From Vitrella brassicaformis CCMP3155 (taxonomy: Eukaryota > Protista > Chromerida), in assembly GCA_001179505.1 (NCBI GenBank), contig CDMY01000603.1, positions 1 through 64,000 of the forward strand: DNA of 64,000 nt. Direction: 5' to 3'. Below, piece after piece: positions 60,252-64,000 of the stretch. Each line of letters begins with the position of its first letter. The stretch's first letter is position 1. The translations under genes were made by a program, and so were the position numbers. The notes under the pieces are model-generated. The model was not told where the DNA came from. It worked only from the letters and a program-made list of their open reading frames with translations, and searched no databases.

Positions 60252-62232
60252 ATGATGGACGGCATGGCGCAGCAGATACAATCAGGTACGGTAGGTGAGC
60301 CAATCCCTGCTTCGGCTCTGTGCTTCAATACTGGTTGGGTCGGTGTGTGTGTGCTGACATGACAGGCGGGTTATCTCAGCTGCCGAGGGTGCCATTGAGC
60401 GACGAGGTGTTCGGCATCGGTCCCTATGCATCGTCCTCGGCGTCTGCGGCGGCCAATCCCCTCTGCCCCATTGACCTAGACGGCAGCTCAGGGATGGAGC
60501 AGGCACTCAGCGCCGCCGCGAACAACCCCATCCTCACCTCTATCCTCGACGCACCTGCCAGGTCATGACACACGCAGCACCACACACACACAGAGAGGGG
60601 ATATCATATCTGGAGTCCTTCGGGTCGGGCTGGCTTGGCTGCAGCGAGTGGAGTCGGCAGGAGGACGAGACGCTGATGAAGCTGGCGCAGGACAGCACCA
60701 GTGGCACCAACTGGAAGCTCATCTCGGCGCACTTCCCTCTCCGCTCCGAGCAGGAGTGCGTGCAGAGGTGGCGCAAGATATCATCGCCTATCGATGGCAA
60801 GGTACGTCACAAGCTCTTCTGTCAAGTGCATGACATGACGTCCATAGTTTTTGTGTGTGTCCGTACGTATGTGTGTGTGCAGCAAGGGCCGTGGGCGAGC
60901 GATGAGGACAGCACCCTCTACCACTTGGTCATGCAATACGGCCCATCACGGTAGGTATCCACACACACAAACACACGCACAGACGCGCACACGAACAGAT
61001 GGATGGACAACGATCGCTGCGTGTGTGTCGATCTGTCGGTCAAACAATGGTCAGTTGGACTGAGATATCCAAGATCTTGAACGAGAAGATGCACCAGGGC
61101 AAGACGGTGCGGCTGGGCCGTCAGTGCCGTGAGCGGTGGTACAACCACCTCGACCCCACCATACGACGGGGCGGATGGACTCACGAGGAAGACGCCTTCA
61201 TCCTCCAGAAACAGGCTGAGCTGGTCAGTCAGTAGCTAGGTCGGGAGAGGGTAGGGTGTGCGAGAGGAGAGGCTCTTGTGTGTGTTGTGTTGTGTGTGTG
61301 GTCTGTGGTTCATTCAGGGGAATCGCTGGGCTGAGATTGCGAAGCAGCTGCACGGCCGGACGGAGAACGCCGTAAAGAACCGCTTCAACTCGCTCATGAA
61401 CAAAAACATGAGGGCCATCTCCACAAGTCAGTGAAGAGCCGGCAAGGCAACCAGCACAGGCACAAAGGCCTGACGACTAACTGTGCGAGTGTGTGTGTGT
61501 GTGTGTGTTGGTGTGCAGGTGCGAGTGGGAGTGCGGGCAGTCTGACGGGTGGGGCTGACAGCGTGGCGGCTGCCTTCGCCATGCAGCACTACACCAACCT
61601 GCAAGCAAGTGCGTGAGCACACACGCGCGCGTTCGTCGTATGGTGTATATGTATATGCTATGCAGGCCCCGCTGCGTCGTCTTACAACCCCTACCTGCAC
61701 CAGCCCCACCCCCAGTCGTACGGCAGCCGCCCTCCCCCCTCCCTCCCCCCCGACAAGCCACAGTCGATGCAGCTCGGCAGCGCACCACAGGGCAGCCCAA
61801 ACGGCATGCACATGCATGTGGGTGGTGGTGAAGGGGGGGCCAACAGTGCCTATAGTGTCAATGCCGGTCAGACACCCACCCACGGCGCACGGAGATAGAG
61901 AGAGACACGCAAACACACGTTTGTGTGTTTTGTTGTGTGGTGTGGTGTGGTGTGGTGTGGTGCAGGTATGGGTGTGAGCGGGATGCCCAGCCCTCTGGAC
62001 CCTTCTCCCTATCCGCCGGACGGCCCCGCACCGATGAGCACCACCAGCAGTGGTGGCGGTGGTGGGACCGACATGCCTCTGGCACCACTCAAGATGGAGA
62101 CATCACCACCGCAGCCGCAGCCACAGCCGCAGCCGTCATCGGCCTCACCCACCACCAGCACCACTAACACTCAGGAGGGCCCCCGGCAGACCGGCCGCAT
62201 GTCGCACCACCAGCAGCTGCTCTTGATGCGAC

Positions 62233-62263
<31 letters not shown>

Positions 62264-63297
62264 AAGTAGCCAGGGCATTAACCCCTATTTGCAGGCGGGG
62301 ACGGGCTATCAGCCGTCTTACGAGCAGCCGCAGCAGTGGGGCCAGGAGGGCTATGCCAATGCCTACCAGGTGTATCCCCCGTCCTCGCACCAGCGCGCAC
62401 ACCCTTACGCACACCCATCAGCAGCGGATTACCAGCACCAGCAGCACCAGTACTACGGCCCGACTGCTGCTGCTGCTGGCTGCGAGCCGTCGCAGGCCCT
62501 GACGTTAGAATCGAGGTCACAAAGCGCCCCTGAGTGAGCAAAGCGGACCGACACACACACACACACACACACGCACGCACACAGACGAACGATATGCACG
62601 CAACCCTCTCTGTGTGGCGTGCCAGTTCCCATCATGTGCCTTCGCCCGGTGGTGGCGGCACACTGCCGCCGCTGGTGGCGGGCAGTGGGGGCAGTAAGGC
62701 CGGGGAGGACCCCGCCTCGTCCAGTGGCTTGAACAGACATAGAATGGGTCAGTGGATGCATGGCATGGTCGGAGGCAATCCTTGTGCTGACGCATGTGTG
62801 CTTGTGTGTGTGTTGGGGGTGGTGTGCAGGAGGCGAAGCTCATGGCGACATCGACGAGACAAGAGCCATAAGGTGCCTGAACCAACACCGCCCAGATAAG
62901 TCCCACATCAAATCCCCGTGTGTCCACCAGGTCTGCCTTCAGCGGGGGTCTGTTCTACCGCTACAGCCGCCCCAAGCGCAAGTACTTCTCATGCCCCAGC
63001 GCCATGATCGACGCACAAGCCACCATGGACAAGGAACGAAGCCAACTCAAGCAGCACATCGAGCAGCAGCGCGTGTGGCGACAGCAGAAGCTCGCCGCGC
63101 GCAATGCCGCACGCACCCCCGGCTCGGACGCCCCACGGGACAGCCCGACCGAGCTCACGACCAACGACGAGATGAGTGAGCACAATGTCAGGGGCGGGGA
63201 GGGCGGAACGGGCAATGGCAATGGGAATGGGAATGTGGTCGTGTCGCCTAGTGCTGGGGAGGGTCAGCGAGAGGGAGGGGGAGGGGATAATACTTAG
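60252..63297 (+). CDS. Three-repeat Myb transcription factor with a Gln/Pro/Ser-rich C-terminal region
   Basis: [10 protein letters not shown]...[20 protein letters not shown]; GPWASDED...WTEISK...[16 protein letters not shown]; [11 protein letters not shown]...[24 protein letters not shown]. First exon 60252-60285; 3' exons traced to TAG 63295-63297. Confidence 0.92.
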
Positions 63298-64000
63298 AAA
63301 GACAGACCAGACAGGCGCTAGAATGGCCAGAATTGGTGGACGGACAGGCAGCAACGTTTTCTCTGCGTGACTTGAATCAGTGAGAGAGAGGATGGCGGGC
63401 TTGCTTTCAATTCGGCTGAGTGTACCATAATGCTTCGTGTGTCTGGTGCTTGCTTCCACACGGGATGTGCTCGGGGGGGAGGGAGGGGGCGGCGGCAGCA
63501 CAGCCGCGCTAGAGTGTGGACACTCTACGCCTAGCACAAGGCTCCACTTGATGCCTGCACACAATACAGGCACCGCACCTGAGGTGTCTGTCTGTCTGTC
63601 TGTCTGTCTGTGTCTCTGTGTGTGTGTGTGTGTGTGGGTGCTATTCTTCCAGTGCGTGCATTTATGCACGAGCAGCAGCCGCGCACACACCACCCCACAC
63701 CTGGCCACCACGTGTGTGGGGTCGTTCTAAGTGCGTCCGTACGCTGTACCTACTTGCTCATGGGGCCCTTCTTCCTATATTGCTCATTCTGCCACACGTC
63801 CTTTCCGTCTGTGGTTTGGGTGTACGTCGGATGTGGGTGAGAAGTGCTTCCTCGTTCATGAGATGGATGAGCAGGCGCCCGTTACCCACGGCCGATGGAC
63901 ACACAAGCCGCGGGCTCCCTACCTACCCTCCTGTTTCATTGTACAGACTACCAGGTGTAGGCAGACGTGGTGCGTGTGCGGGAGTTTATGCACCGCACCC

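Noticed and set aside
1-64000. CRISPR arrays, rRNA, tRNA (including tRNA-Sec) or autonomous transposon ORFs
   Set aside because: No repeat-spacer periodicity, cloverleaf, rRNA-like segment or RT/transposase/integrase motif was recognised by eye.

Overview
Eukaryotic, GC-rich, very intron-dense genomic scaffold with (CA)n/(GT)n/(GACA)n/(GGAT)n-filled introns and two 300-N gaps. The style and gene content suggest an alveolate, most likely the chromerid Vitrella brassicaformis; this is inference, not a search result. Hand-spliced genes: a bacterial-type PPDxxGAVGP protein (5'-truncated), GH5 endoglycoceramidase-like, a 96-aa unknown, RPS24, RPS29, ATG4, a Utp12-domain-like protein, V-ATPase subunit C, a deiodinase-like selenoprotein, a large coiled-coil protein, a multi-pass membrane protein, two frameshifted lineage-specific genes, a kinase pseudogene, beta-COP, two inverted copies of a secreted coiled-coil gene, a tail-anchored protein, a MORN protein, an intronless FEX fluoride exporter and a three-repeat Myb. 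Top finding: a 10-exon, 372-aa deiodinase-like gene with an in-frame UGA (GSHT-U-PPF, 20011-20013) and a type II SECIS hairpin at 21032-21094; a standard annotation would truncate it. Also notable: the 9-mer AAGCTCGCA recurs at the heads of divergent gene pairs, many introns are bracketed by complementary microsatellites, GC-AG introns are frequent, there is a ~1.2-kb inverted duplication, and a decayed accessory block spans ~31-42 kb. All exon models and motif scans were done by eye.
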